Source: Candidatus Liberimonas magnetica
GTDB taxonomy: Bacteria; Elusimicrobiota; Endomicrobiia; Endomicrobiales; JAFGIL01
Assembly (NCBI GenBank): GCA_020523885.1
Contig: JAJAPY010000016.1
Span: 10,359 to 74,358 of the forward strand
Direction: 5' to 3'
Length of the DNA: 64,000 bases
Below, piece by piece: positions 17,668 through 26,705 of the stretch. Both the position numbers and the translations under genes were made by a program. The notes beneath the pieces are model-generated. The model searched no databases. It had not been told where the DNA came from and worked only from the letters and a program-made list of their open reading frames with translations. How positions within the stretch are numbered: position 1 is the first letter of the stretch; each line of letters opens with the position of its first letter.

Positions 17668-19433
17668 TGTATATATTAGGTATATCCTGCTGGTACCATG
17701 ACGCAGCCGCCTGCCTTTTGAAGGACGGCAGAATAGCTGCCTGTTCCGAAGAAGAAAGGTTCTCAAGAAAAAAACATGATTTTGAATTTCCGGTAAATGC
17801 TATAAACTTCTGTCTTGAAGAGGCGGGCATTACTTCAAAAGATATTGAGTACGTGGTTTTTTATGACAAACCTATCAGAAAATTCGACAGGATACTTACC
17901 TCAGTAATCCAGAACATACCAAAATCCCTAAAACTTTTTTATCTTGCCGTGCCTTTGTGGCTCAAGGAAAAGCTGCAGTTTAAAAGAAAAATAAAAAAAC
18001 AACTTGGCATCGATGCAGACAAAGTGCTTTTTGCTTCTCACCACAGCTCGCATGAGGCAAGCACATTTTTTCTGTCTCCGTTTAGTGAAGCAGCGATACT
18101 GACAGTTGACGGGGTCGGAGAATGGGCTACCGCAAGCCTCGGTATAGGAAAAGAAAACAATATTATGCTCTTTGAAGAGATGCGGTTCCCACATTCAGTA
18201 GGGCTTTTGTACTCGGCTTTTACGGCTTTCCTGGGTTTCGAAATAAACGACGGTGAGTACAAGGTCATGGGCCTGGCGCCGTACGGAGAACCGAAATACA
18301 AAGATAAAGTGTATAAGGTAGTGGAACTTAACGAAGACGGCAGTATTAAGCTTAATTTAGAATATTTTTCTTTTACCTATTCGACTGATGCTACTTATAC
18401 GGATAAATTCCTTGACATCTTCGGTGAGCCTCGGGACCCGAAGTCCCTGTTCTTTACGGAAAAATCCGGGTATTTTTCCTATTACGGACAAAAGCCGGAA
18501 AATTACATTGAACAGCAGAAGAAAAACCAGTATTATGCAGATATAGCGGCAAGCATTCAGGATGTTTTAGAAGAGATACTTGTAAAAATGGCAAAGTATC
18601 TTTATCAGAAGACCAAATCAAAGAACCTTTGCTATGCTGGGGGGGTGGCTTTAAACAGTAAAGCGAATTACAGGCTTATGAAAGAATCAGGTTTTGAGAA
18701 TATATATATCCAGCCCGCTTCTACCGACGCAGGAGGAGCTATAGGCGCTGCCCTGTGGGCCTGGTGCCAGGTATTAAAAAATAAGAGGGTTGAAGTAATG
18801 GAACACGCCTATTACGGCAAAGAATACGGCGAGCAGGAAATAGTTGATGCAATAAAAGAAAACAATCTAAAATACAAAAAAATAGACGATGAGCAGCTTA
18901 TAGACGAAGTATCAGGTTTGCTTTCCAAGGGGAATGTTATCGGCTGGTATCAGGGAAGGACTGAATGGGGGCCGAGGGCTCTCGGCAACAGGTCTATTCT
19001 TGCGGATGCACGAAACCCGAAGATGAAAGACATAGTAAATACCAAAGTGAAATTCAGGGAGCCCTTCAGGCCTTTTGCCCCGTCTGTCCTTGATACTTCT
19101 GTTGCGGATTATTTTGAAGTTGATAAGGAAAGCTATGTCCAAAGGTTCATGCTTATGACTTATCCGGTAAAAAAAGAAATGCAAAAAGTGATACCTGCCG
19201 TGACCCATGAAGACGGCACTTCAAGGATCCAGTCTGTTATAAAGCAGTATAATCCCAGGTATTATAAATTGATAGAAAAGTTCAAAGAAAAAACCGGCGT
19301 CGGGGTTGTGCTTAATACTTCGTTTAATCTTAAAGGCGAGCCTATAGTAAACTCTCCGGGCAATGCTATAAAAACTTACCTTAATTCGGGTATTGACCTG
19401 CTTATTTTGGGAAATTACATCGTTTATAAATAA
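17667..19433 (+). CDS. Carbamoyltransferase (NodU/CmcH family)
   Basis: ILGISCWYHDAAACLL N-terminus, two-domain 588-aa architecture, C-terminal NTSFNLKGEPIV motif. Confidence 0.9.
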   Translation: MYILGISCWYHDAAACLLKDGRIAACSEEERFSRKKHDFEFPVNAINFCLEEAGITSKDIEYVVFYDKPIRKFDRILTSVIQNIPKSLKLFYLAVPLWLKEKLQFKRKIKKQLGIDADKVLFASHHSSHEASTFFLSPFSEAAILTVDGVGEWATASLGIGKENNIMLFEEMRFPHSVGLLYSAFTAFLGFEINDGEYKVMGLAPYGEPKYKDKVYKVVELNEDGSIKLNLEYFSFTYSTDATYTDKFLDIFGEPRDPKSLFFTEKSGYFSYYGQKPENYIEQQKKNQYYADIAASIQDVLEEILVKMAKYLYQKTKSKNLCYAGGVALNSKANYRLMKESGFENIYIQPASTDAGGAIGAALWAWCQVLKNKRVEVMEHAYYGKEYGEQEIVDAIKENNLKYKKIDDEQLIDEVSGLLSKGNVIGWYQGRTEWGPRALGNRSILADARNPKMKDIVNTKVKFREPFRPFAPSVLDTSVADYFEVDKESYVQRFMLMTYPVKKEMQKVIPAVTHEDGTSRIQSVIKQYNPRYYKLIEKFKEKTGVGVVLNTSFNLKGEPIVNSPGNAIKTYLNSGIDLLILGNYIVYK

Positions 19434-19463
19434 TTCAAGTTTGTCTTATTTCAAATATGTAAA

Positions 19464-20978
19464 ATGAACAACAAGAGCATATATTTAATCCTGTTTTTCA
19501 TTGTTTTATTCCATCTTGCAGGGAATTATTATTGGCTTAAAAAAAATGATGTCCAATATGAATCTTGCCATCCGTTCGCATTTTATACTTCTCAAGTGAT
19601 TTTTACAGGGGATAGTATCAATGTAAAAAGCATTTTAAGGTACTGTTTTGATAGTTACAATTATCCGCCTTTTCAGTTGTTGTTTGGAGCCGCGGTTATG
19701 TCAGCCAGTGACAGGAACTTTCAGGCATTGATCCTTGTAACGAACACTTTCTGGATGATTTTGTCGATATTTTTAACTTATAAAATAGGCGAATTCGTTC
19801 ATTCTAAAGAAGCAGGCATAACAGCAGCTTTGTTATTATCCATGTATCCTGCTTTTTACCTGCTTTCCAGGCATTACACTTTCCATTTTGCTTTAATACC
19901 CGCGGTTGCTTTATCTATTTATTGCCTCTTAAAAACCGAAGGTTTTGAAAATACCAAATGGTCGGTAATATTAGGCATGTCTCTCTTGCTGGGGACACTT
20001 GTAAAACACCCTTTTATTGTTTTTTTGGCCGGGCCTTTAGTTTATATGATGTCCAGGGCGCTTATAAAAAGGGCCGGTATTACCGTAATAAGAAATATGA
20101 TTTATTCTGTAGCTATAGGGCTGTCTTTTGATTCGGTGTTTTATTTTAATCCAAATGCTGTTAAAAAAATCATTTCGAACAATTTGTTGTGCGATCCGGC
20201 CGGCCCGTGGTATAAACTGGAAAATTTAAAGGTTTATACTACCGGAGTACCGCAAAGCCAGCTGTCGCCGCTCTTGTTTTTATTGTTTCTTTTCGGTCTT
20301 TATATAGTGATAAAAAAATACAAAGTAGCTTACGTTAAGGTTATTTTCATTTTATGGATACTGGTCCCGTTACTGATATTGATCTTTATGCCGCATAATA
20401 AAGAGTCGAGTTATATCACTCCGTACTTGCCTGCGCTGGCGGTTATTTCAGCGATAGGGACAGCGGGCTTAAAAAGAGGTCCCAGGTACTTTATCCTGTG
20501 TTTTAGTTTTATTCTGTCATTATTGCTTTATTCTGAATTGAGTTCGATGATTAATCTTAACCTGCAGAAAATAAATATAAGTATCGCGCCTACCATGGAA
20601 ATGAGCTATTTTCGTAAAGACGTTTTCGCTGACAACAACGAGGCCTATAAGGCTATTTCCAGTTATATCGAAAGTAAAAATAATACTGAGGGCATAAAAA
20701 CAAAAACATTAGTACTCGTGCAAAACGCCCTTGAGGTCAATATGAATGTAATAAGAAATCTATCCTGGCACAGAAAACTGGACATAGATGTTTTTGAAGG
20801 TCTTCCGACTGATTTGTTTGCACCCGGTAAAAACTATGATACAATATTGTTTGCGGGGTCTCCAAACAGGGCAAATACTTATAAATACCTAAAACTTTGG
20901 GGGTTTTTGAATAAGTACAGATCAAAAAAAACAATATATATGAAAAACGCTCTTGAAGTTATCGCATATACCAAATGA
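19464..20978 (+). CDS. GT-C fold membrane glycosyltransferase (GT39/GT83, ArnT/PMT-like), putative
   Basis: 504 aa with about 10 predicted TM helices and a soluble C-terminal domain. The call rests on overall resemblance only. Confidence 0.5.
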   Translation: MNNKSIYLILFFIVLFHLAGNYYWLKKNDVQYESCHPFAFYTSQVIFTGDSINVKSILRYCFDSYNYPPFQLLFGAAVMSASDRNFQALILVTNTFWMILSIFLTYKIGEFVHSKEAGITAALLLSMYPAFYLLSRHYTFHFALIPAVALSIYCLLKTEGFENTKWSVILGMSLLLGTLVKHPFIVFLAGPLVYMMSRALIKRAGITVIRNMIYSVAIGLSFDSVFYFNPNAVKKIISNNLLCDPAGPWYKLENLKVYTTGVPQSQLSPLLFLLFLFGLYIVIKKYKVAYVKVIFILWILVPLLILIFMPHNKESSYITPYLPALAVISAIGTAGLKRGPRYFILCFSFILSLLLYSELSSMINLNLQKINISIAPTMEMSYFRKDVFADNNEAYKAISSYIESKNNTEGIKTKTLVLVQNALEVNMNVIRNLSWHRKLDIDVFEGLPTDLFAPGKNYDTILFAGSPNRANTYKYLKLWGFLNKYRSKKTIYMKNALEVIAYTK

Positions 20979-21011
20979 AGCAATATTTTCTTGCATAGAA
21001 AACAGGTTAAA

Positions 21012-23195
21012 ATGAACACAGTTAAAAAGTTAGTGTTTACAGGTATTATTTTATGCTCACCAGCTGTCAGTTCTGTTTATGGCAGTTATGCTATTACGAC
21101 TTTTGCCGGAAACGGAATTGCAGGGTATTCCGGAGACGGAGGCAGTGCGGTTTCTGCTAAAATTAGCTATCCATACGGAGTAGCGGTTGATACAGCAGGG
21201 AATGTTTATATTTCCGGATGTACCGGTTCAATAAATCATCGGATAAGGAAAATAAACCCGTCAGGCATAATATCGAATTTTGCAGGGACCGGAACAGAAG
21301 ATTACTCAGGCGACGGAGGCCAGGCAACTTCCGCCAAACTTGATACTCCCAGAGGAGTAGCGGTTGATGCTACAGGGAACGTTTATATCGTGGATCAATT
21401 GAATAACCGGATAAGGAAAGTAAATACCTCAGGTATAATTTCTACTTTTGCGGGAAGCGGGACTGCCGGTTATTCTGGAGACGGGGGCCAGGCAGCTTCG
21501 GCTAAACTTAATTATCCTTTTGGAGTAGCGGCCGATGCTTCGGGGAACGTTTATATTGCCGATACAGGTAATTTTGTAATAAGGAAAGTAAACCCTTCAG
21601 GCATTATATCTACTTTTGCGGGAAACGGGACTTCAGGTTATTCCGGAGACGGAGGTAGTGCATCTTCAGCTCAACTTGTCCAGCCTGTAGGCATAGCGGC
21701 CGATGTTTCTGGGAATGTGTATATTGCGGATCAATCGGGCAATCGAATAAGGAAAGTAAATACATCTGGAAAAATATCTACCTTTGCAGGAAACGGGACA
21801 GCCGGTTATTCCGGAGATGGAGGTAGTGCTGATTCAGCTCAGCTTAACAATCCTCAGGCAGTAGCGGTTGATACTTTGGGGAACGTATATATATCTGACT
21901 ATGGAAATTATCGAATAAGGAAAGTAAACACTTCAGGCCTAATAGCTACTTTTGCAGGAAACGGGACAGCCGGTTTTTCAGGAGACGGAGGCAGTGCAAC
22001 TTCAGCTCAAGTTGACGGCCCTGTAGGAGTAGCGGTTGATGTTTCGGGGAATGTCTATATCTCTGATTATACTAATATTCGGGTAAGAAAAGTTTTTGTC
22101 AATTCTGAAACAGGAATTATTTCTGGTAAGATAACTAAATCCGATGGCACAACAGCGATTTCAGGAGTGCTTGTAGAAGTATTAGAATCCGGTGTTGTTA
22201 TATCAACTGCAACAAGCGACATAAGCGGTAATTATTCAATAACGGTCGGAATAGGTACTTATGATGTAAGGACTTCCTTGTCAGGGTATCAATCACAGTT
22301 GAAAAATGGCTATAGTGTAAGTGGCGGTTCTATTATAACCATCAATTTTTCTTTAACGGAAGCTCCTTCATCACAGACAGGCACTCTTTCCTGTACGATA
22401 ATAGCATCGGACGGTTCAGCCATTATTAATGCTTTAATAAAAATTTATCAGGGAAGCATACCTGTGAATGAAGGCTATTCTGACCCTTCGGGCAAATGCA
22501 GTTTTTCTTTAGGAGCCGGAAGTTATGATATCTCTGTTTCAAAGGCCGGCTTTCAAACAAAAGCGCAGAAAGGCCTTTCTGTTACTGCTGAACAGACAGC
22601 GTCCGCAAATTTTTCGCTTGCCCCTGCGGTTCAAGCCCGGACAGGGACCATTACGTGCAATATCCAGTGTAACGGAGCAGTTGTAGTAAATGCGGTGATA
22701 AGGATTACCCAAAACAACGATTTGATAGATGTAGAACAGACTGATTCCATAGGGACATACGGGTTTTCCCTTGCGGCAGGAATGTATGACATAAATGTAT
22801 CTAAAACCGGCTATCAGACGTCAAACCAGACAGGCGTTATCGTAAACAATAACCAGACTACAAAGGTATATATTTCACTTCTTCAGACAAGCCAGCAAAA
22901 ACCTCAGGCAGGCATGCAGACTACGCTCGGCAATAACTTGTTCAGCCCCGGTGCCGGCGGGACATGTAAAATTGTGTATAATGTGTCCCAAGCAGGCAAT
23001 GTAACTATAAAAATATGTGATTTGATGGGGAGACAGGTGAGAAGTGCAATTGATAATTCAAACTATACCGCGGGCAGCTACCAGTGGGACTGGGACGGCA
23101 AAGACGATAACGGGGAAAATGTGCCGTCCGGCATATATATTTTATATTTCAAATATCCCGGAGGCACTGAAACAAGGAAGATAGGCGTAAAATAG
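21012..23195 (+). CDS. Secreted protein: six NHL repeats, three CarboxypepD_reg-like domains, FlgD-Ig-like C-terminal domain
   Basis: Signal peptide MNTVKKLVFTGIILCSPAVSSVYG. Six repeats of GYSGDGG..A..L..P.GVAVD..GNVYI.D..N.RIRKVN. Tail contains WDWDGKDDNGENVPSGIYILYF. ATG 21012 preferred over the track start at 20991. Confidence 0.85.
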   Translation: MNTVKKLVFTGIILCSPAVSSVYGSYAITTFAGNGIAGYSGDGGSAVSAKISYPYGVAVDTAGNVYISGCTGSINHRIRKINPSGIISNFAGTGTEDYSGDGGQATSAKLDTPRGVAVDATGNVYIVDQLNNRIRKVNTSGIISTFAGSGTAGYSGDGGQAASAKLNYPFGVAADASGNVYIADTGNFVIRKVNPSGIISTFAGNGTSGYSGDGGSASSAQLVQPVGIAADVSGNVYIADQSGNRIRKVNTSGKISTFAGNGTAGYSGDGGSADSAQLNNPQAVAVDTLGNVYISDYGNYRIRKVNTSGLIATFAGNGTAGFSGDGGSATSAQVDGPVGVAVDVSGNVYISDYTNIRVRKVFVNSETGIISGKITKSDGTTAISGVLVEVLESGVVISTATSDISGNYSITVGIGTYDVRTSLSGYQSQLKNGYSVSGGSIITINFSLTEAPSSQTGTLSCTIIASDGSAIINALIKIYQGSIPVNEGYSDPSGKCSFSLGAGSYDISVSKAGFQTKAQKGLSVTAEQTASANFSLAPAVQARTGTITCNIQCNGAVVVNAVIRITQNNDLIDVEQTDSIGTYGFSLAAGMYDINVSKTGYQTSNQTGVIVNNNQTTKVYISLLQTSQQKPQAGMQTTLGNNLFSPGAGGTCKIVYNVSQAGNVTIKICDLMGRQVRSAIDNSNYTAGSYQWDWDGKDDNGENVPSGIYILYFKYPGGTETRKIGVK

Positions 23196-23228
23196 GACAA
23201 CAGACAACAGATTACAGGCAACTAAACT

Positions 23229-24581
23229 ATGACGAATATAGCAAAACGTAACTTTGTAATTATGTCTTTATTTTGTATTTTTTTTATGCAAAGTAAGTCT
23301 TTCGCGGATCAGTCTGCTGGAGTATTACTTGAATTGCCGACTTCAGCAAGGGCAGGAGGAATGGCGGAATGTTATACTGCCCTGGCTGATGACCCGTTCG
23401 GAGTTTATTATAACCCTGCAGGGATTTCGTTTATTAAAAAGCCGTCGGTTTCTTTTTTATACCAGCAGTATTTGCAGGATATAAACGGCAGTTTTGTGGC
23501 ATTGACGCTGCCGGGAAAGAATTTCAGTATAAATGCCGCGCCGGGTTTTATCTCAATGAAAGAAGAACCTGTATATGATTATTTCGGGAATGATACCGGG
23601 AGAAAATTTAAGTTCCAGGGGACCGTCATACCGCTATCAGGAGCATACAGGCTCAAAGATATTTCTTTCGGTGCAACGGTTAAATACTATAAGGAACAGT
23701 TAGATGACATAGCGAAAGACGTTACGACTTTTGATGCGGGTGTGATTTATAAGTATACAGATATCAGCTTAGGCACATCTTTGCTCAACATGAGCGGCAA
23801 ATTCGGTGATTACGACCTTCCAAAGACAATAAGATTCGGTATTGCCTATACAGTCAGTAAAATAAACATTCTTTTTGACTATAGTTCGCAGGTCACGGTT
23901 AAAAAAAATACTTACCATATAGGCGGCGAGGTGCCGGTATCCGATCATATCTTCATTAGGCTTGGCTATAAATTAAAAGATGAGTTTAGCGGCTTAAGCT
24001 ATGGTTTGGGAATTAAAATGAGCAAGTTTGATATTGATTATGCGGCTTCAAGCTACAGCGAGCTTGGATTGACACAGAGGGCGAGCCTTAACTATCATTT
24101 TGAAATAAAAAAGAAGAAAGAAAAAGCAAAAGAAAAAGTAGTAAAAAAAGATAAATATAAAGAAAAAGAACCGACCACCCCGTATATTAAAGGAGTTATT
24201 ACTGCAGCTGTCGCTGATCTGGTAGCTAGAAACGCATCTGCAGCCGAAGCCGCTTCCGCAACAGATTCTATAAGGAGCGAACTTAACTCAATTATGGAGG
24301 TCAATGTAATTGAAAAGGAAAATATGGAAATGCTCCTGGCTGAACAGAAATTTCCGATGTCAGGATGCTCAAGCCAGGAATGTGCGGTTAAAATGGGAAA
24401 GATACTTAATGCAAAAATCGTTATAATAGGTTCTTTATCAAAGCTTTCAGATACTTATTTTATTAATGCTTTGATAATAGATGTTTCAACCGGAGATATA
24501 TTACAATCCGTAGTCCAAGAAGGGATAAGCGCAACTAAGTTAAGGAACGCCTGCAAGCAGATCCTTGGAAGGATCAAATAG
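23229..24581 (+). CDS. PorV/PorQ-like outer-membrane beta-barrel fused to a CsgG/LpoB-like periplasmic domain
   Basis: Signal peptide; ARAGGMAECYTALADDPFGVYYNPAGISF motif typical of the PorV/PorQ family. K/E-rich linker, then a C-terminal domain with GCSSQECAVKMGKILNAKIVIIGSL. Confidence 0.6.
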   Translation: MTNIAKRNFVIMSLFCIFFMQSKSFADQSAGVLLELPTSARAGGMAECYTALADDPFGVYYNPAGISFIKKPSVSFLYQQYLQDINGSFVALTLPGKNFSINAAPGFISMKEEPVYDYFGNDTGRKFKFQGTVIPLSGAYRLKDISFGATVKYYKEQLDDIAKDVTTFDAGVIYKYTDISLGTSLLNMSGKFGDYDLPKTIRFGIAYTVSKINILFDYSSQVTVKKNTYHIGGEVPVSDHIFIRLGYKLKDEFSGLSYGLGIKMSKFDIDYAASSYSELGLTQRASLNYHFEIKKKKEKAKEKVVKKDKYKEKEPTTPYIKGVITAAVADLVARNASAAEAASATDSIRSELNSIMEVNVIEKENMEMLLAEQKFPMSGCSSQECAVKMGKILNAKIVIIGSLSKLSDTYFINALIIDVSTGDILQSVVQEGISATKLRNACKQILGRIK

Positions 24582-24602
24582 GAAATGAATAGAAAAATTG
24601 GC

Positions 24603-24631
24603 TTGCAAATATATTTCTAATTTAGTATTAT
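24603..24631 (+). promoter_or_regulatory. Sigma70-type promoter candidate for rimP-nusA-infB
   Basis: TTGCAA (24603-24608), 17 nt, TATTAT (24626-24631). Confidence 0.45.
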
Positions 24632-24739
24632 AAACAAAAGAGTGGCATGTACGTTAAGCCGCTCTTTAGTTTTTCTGGCCCAGTTGGCCAGATAAAGATA
24701 AGATTAGACAGATTAAAACGGAATAAAACGGCTGGATCT

Positions 24740-25201
24740 ATGAGCACGATAGAAGAGCTTGAAAAAGTTATTGCACCAGTACTTGAGACAGATAAATTTG
24801 AGCTTGTCGATATTAATTACGGAAAAGAAGGCGGCAAGAAGGTGTTGCGTGTTTTCATCGATAAAGAAGGCGGCGTAAAACTGGCAGATTGCGAGGCCGT
24901 GAGCCTCAAGATAGAAGAAGCGGTTGAAACTTCAGAGCTTATACCTGATGATTATGTAATAGAAGTGTCTTCGCCCGGGCTTGACAGGATAATAAAGAAA
25001 GAGAAAGACTTTATAAAGTTTACGGGGCAGGATGTGAAAATATCGGTTTTTGCACCGATTGACGGGCAGCGGAATTTTACAGGCAAACTGCTCTGGGCAG
25101 GCGAAGGAAAAGTCAAGATAGCCGATATATCCGGTAAGACGCTTGAGATAGAGATAGAAAAGATTGCAAGAGCCAGGTTGAACCCTGAGATAAGAATATA
25201 A
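24740..25201 (+). CDS. rimP: Ribosome maturation factor RimP
   Basis: MSTIEELEKVIAPVLE..., EVSSPGLDR motif, position before nusA. ATG 24740 preferred over the track start at 24647. Confidence 0.85.
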   Translation: MSTIEELEKVIAPVLETDKFELVDINYGKEGGKKVLRVFIDKEGGVKLADCEAVSLKIEEAVETSELIPDDYVIEVSSPGLDRIIKKEKDFIKFTGQDVKISVFAPIDGQRNFTGKLLWAGEGKVKIADISGKTLEIEIEKIARARLNPEIRI

Positions 25202-25303
25202 TGAAAAAATTAAAATGAAAAATGCAAAATTAAGGAAAGAACCAATATAATAAAAGTCTTTTAACCTTAATTTTTCAATTTGATATTTGCATTTTGCATT
25301 TGA
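25202..25303. repeat. Stutter-arm inverted repeat, TGCAAAAT dialect (simple form)
   Basis: tgaaaaaattaaaatgaaaaatgcaaaattaagg ... ataataaaagtcttttaaccttaatttttcaatttgatatttgcattttgcatttga. The track's nusA start at 25294 falls inside the right arm. Confidence 0.85.
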
Positions 25304-25323
25304 TTTTTATAGGGAGAATTAGG

Positions 25324-26682
25324 ATGCCAGAAAAAAGTGAAATGATTTTAGCTTTAGAACAAATAGAAAAAGACAAAGGAATCCCAAAGGGCGATATAAT
25401 AAAAGTCATTGAAAATGCACTTGTTTCAGCTTATAAGAAGCATGTCGGCAAAGACGTTAACGTAGAGGCCGTGGTTAACCCCGAGTCAGGGGAGATGGGA
25501 GCTGTCGTCATAAAGAAAGTTGTCTTGGAATTGAAAAACCCTTCTTTGGAAATTACCCTGGATGAAGCAAAGGCAATAAAAAGCGATATTAAGCTGGACG
25601 AAGACCTCAGGATGCCTCTTGATACGCAGGATTTTTCAAGGATCGCCGCCCAGATAGCAAAACAGGTCATTGTTCAAAAGATAAGAGAATCCGAAAGGCA
25701 AAGCCTTTTTGACGATTATAAAGGGAAAGTCGGTTTAATGGTTAACGGTGTCGTATGGCGTTTTGCGAACCGCAACATAATAGTTGACCTTGGAAAAACC
25801 GAAGCTATTTTACCTGTATCCGAACAGATAAGCAAGGAAAAATTCAATCTCGGCCAACATGTAAGGGCTATAATAGTAAAGGTAGAGAAAGGTTCAAGAG
25901 GGCCCGTAGTAGTGCTGTCAAGGAGCCATCCGGACCTTGTTAAAAGGCTTTTTGAAGTTGAAGTGCCAGAGATCTATGAAAAGATAGTCGAAATAGTAAA
26001 TGTTGTGCGCGAAAAAGGGATGAGGGCTAAAGTAGCCGTTACATCCAATAATCCGAAAGTCGACCCTGTAGGCGCTTGTGTCGGTATTAAAGGAGCAAGG
26101 GTAAAACCTATCATAGACGAGCTTTTCGGAGAACGCATAGACCTTATACCCTTTTCGAACGACCCGGAAAGATATATCGCATCATCTCTTTCACCTGCAA
26201 AAGTTACGCGGGTTAACCTGATATCAAAAGAAGCAAAAAAGGCGGAGGTTATAGTAAACGATGAAATGCTCTCTCTTGCCATCGGAAAGAGCGGGCATAA
26301 TGTCCGACTTGCCGCAAAATTGGTAGGATGGCACATCGATATCCGCTCAGAATCCCAGAAAAAGAAGGAAACAGAACAGAATAATACCGTGGTAAGCGAG
26401 AATCTAAGCAAACTTAAAGGCGTAGGGCAAAAAACCGTTGAAGTCTTAACGAAAGCAGGTTTTATTGACATCAATAAACTTGCCAATGCAAAAATAGATG
26501 ACTTAACGACTTTACAAGGCATCGGAGAAAAAACCGCCAAGAAAATAATAGACTCAGCAAAGGAATTAATTAACACGAAACTTCAGGAGGCAAAAGAAAC
26601 AGAAACAAAAGCAACGGAAACAGACGAAGCCCCTGCAGCAAAGCCTAAAACAAAAGAAAAATCATCAAAAAAGGAAGAGTAA
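25324..26682 (+). CDS. nusA: Transcription termination/antitermination factor NusA
   Basis: NusA N-terminal domain, S1, two KH domains (GACVGIKGARV, AIGKSGHNVRLA), C-terminal HhH region. Confidence 0.95.
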   Translation: MPEKSEMILALEQIEKDKGIPKGDIIKVIENALVSAYKKHVGKDVNVEAVVNPESGEMGAVVIKKVVLELKNPSLEITLDEAKAIKSDIKLDEDLRMPLDTQDFSRIAAQIAKQVIVQKIRESERQSLFDDYKGKVGLMVNGVVWRFANRNIIVDLGKTEAILPVSEQISKEKFNLGQHVRAIIVKVEKGSRGPVVVLSRSHPDLVKRLFEVEVPEIYEKIVEIVNVVREKGMRAKVAVTSNNPKVDPVGACVGIKGARVKPIIDELFGERIDLIPFSNDPERYIASSLSPAKVTRVNLISKEAKKAEVIVNDEMLSLAIGKSGHNVRLAAKLVGWHIDIRSESQKKKETEQNNTVVSENLSKLKGVGQKTVEVLTKAGFIDINKLANAKIDDLTTLQGIGEKTAKKIIDSAKELINTKLQEAKETETKATETDEAPAAKPKTKEKSSKKEE

Positions 26683-26705
26683 TCGTGTTTAAAGAGGATT
26701 AAAAT

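Noticed and set aside
20991-21011. N-terminal extensions implied by the longest-ORF starts in the track (764, 2089, 15505, 20991, 24647, 25294, 30334, 34554, 37387, 41308).
   Set aside because: Downstream ATG/GTG starts give canonical N-termini or signal peptides and better SD spacing. Several of the extended starts fall inside upstream genes or inside repeat arms.
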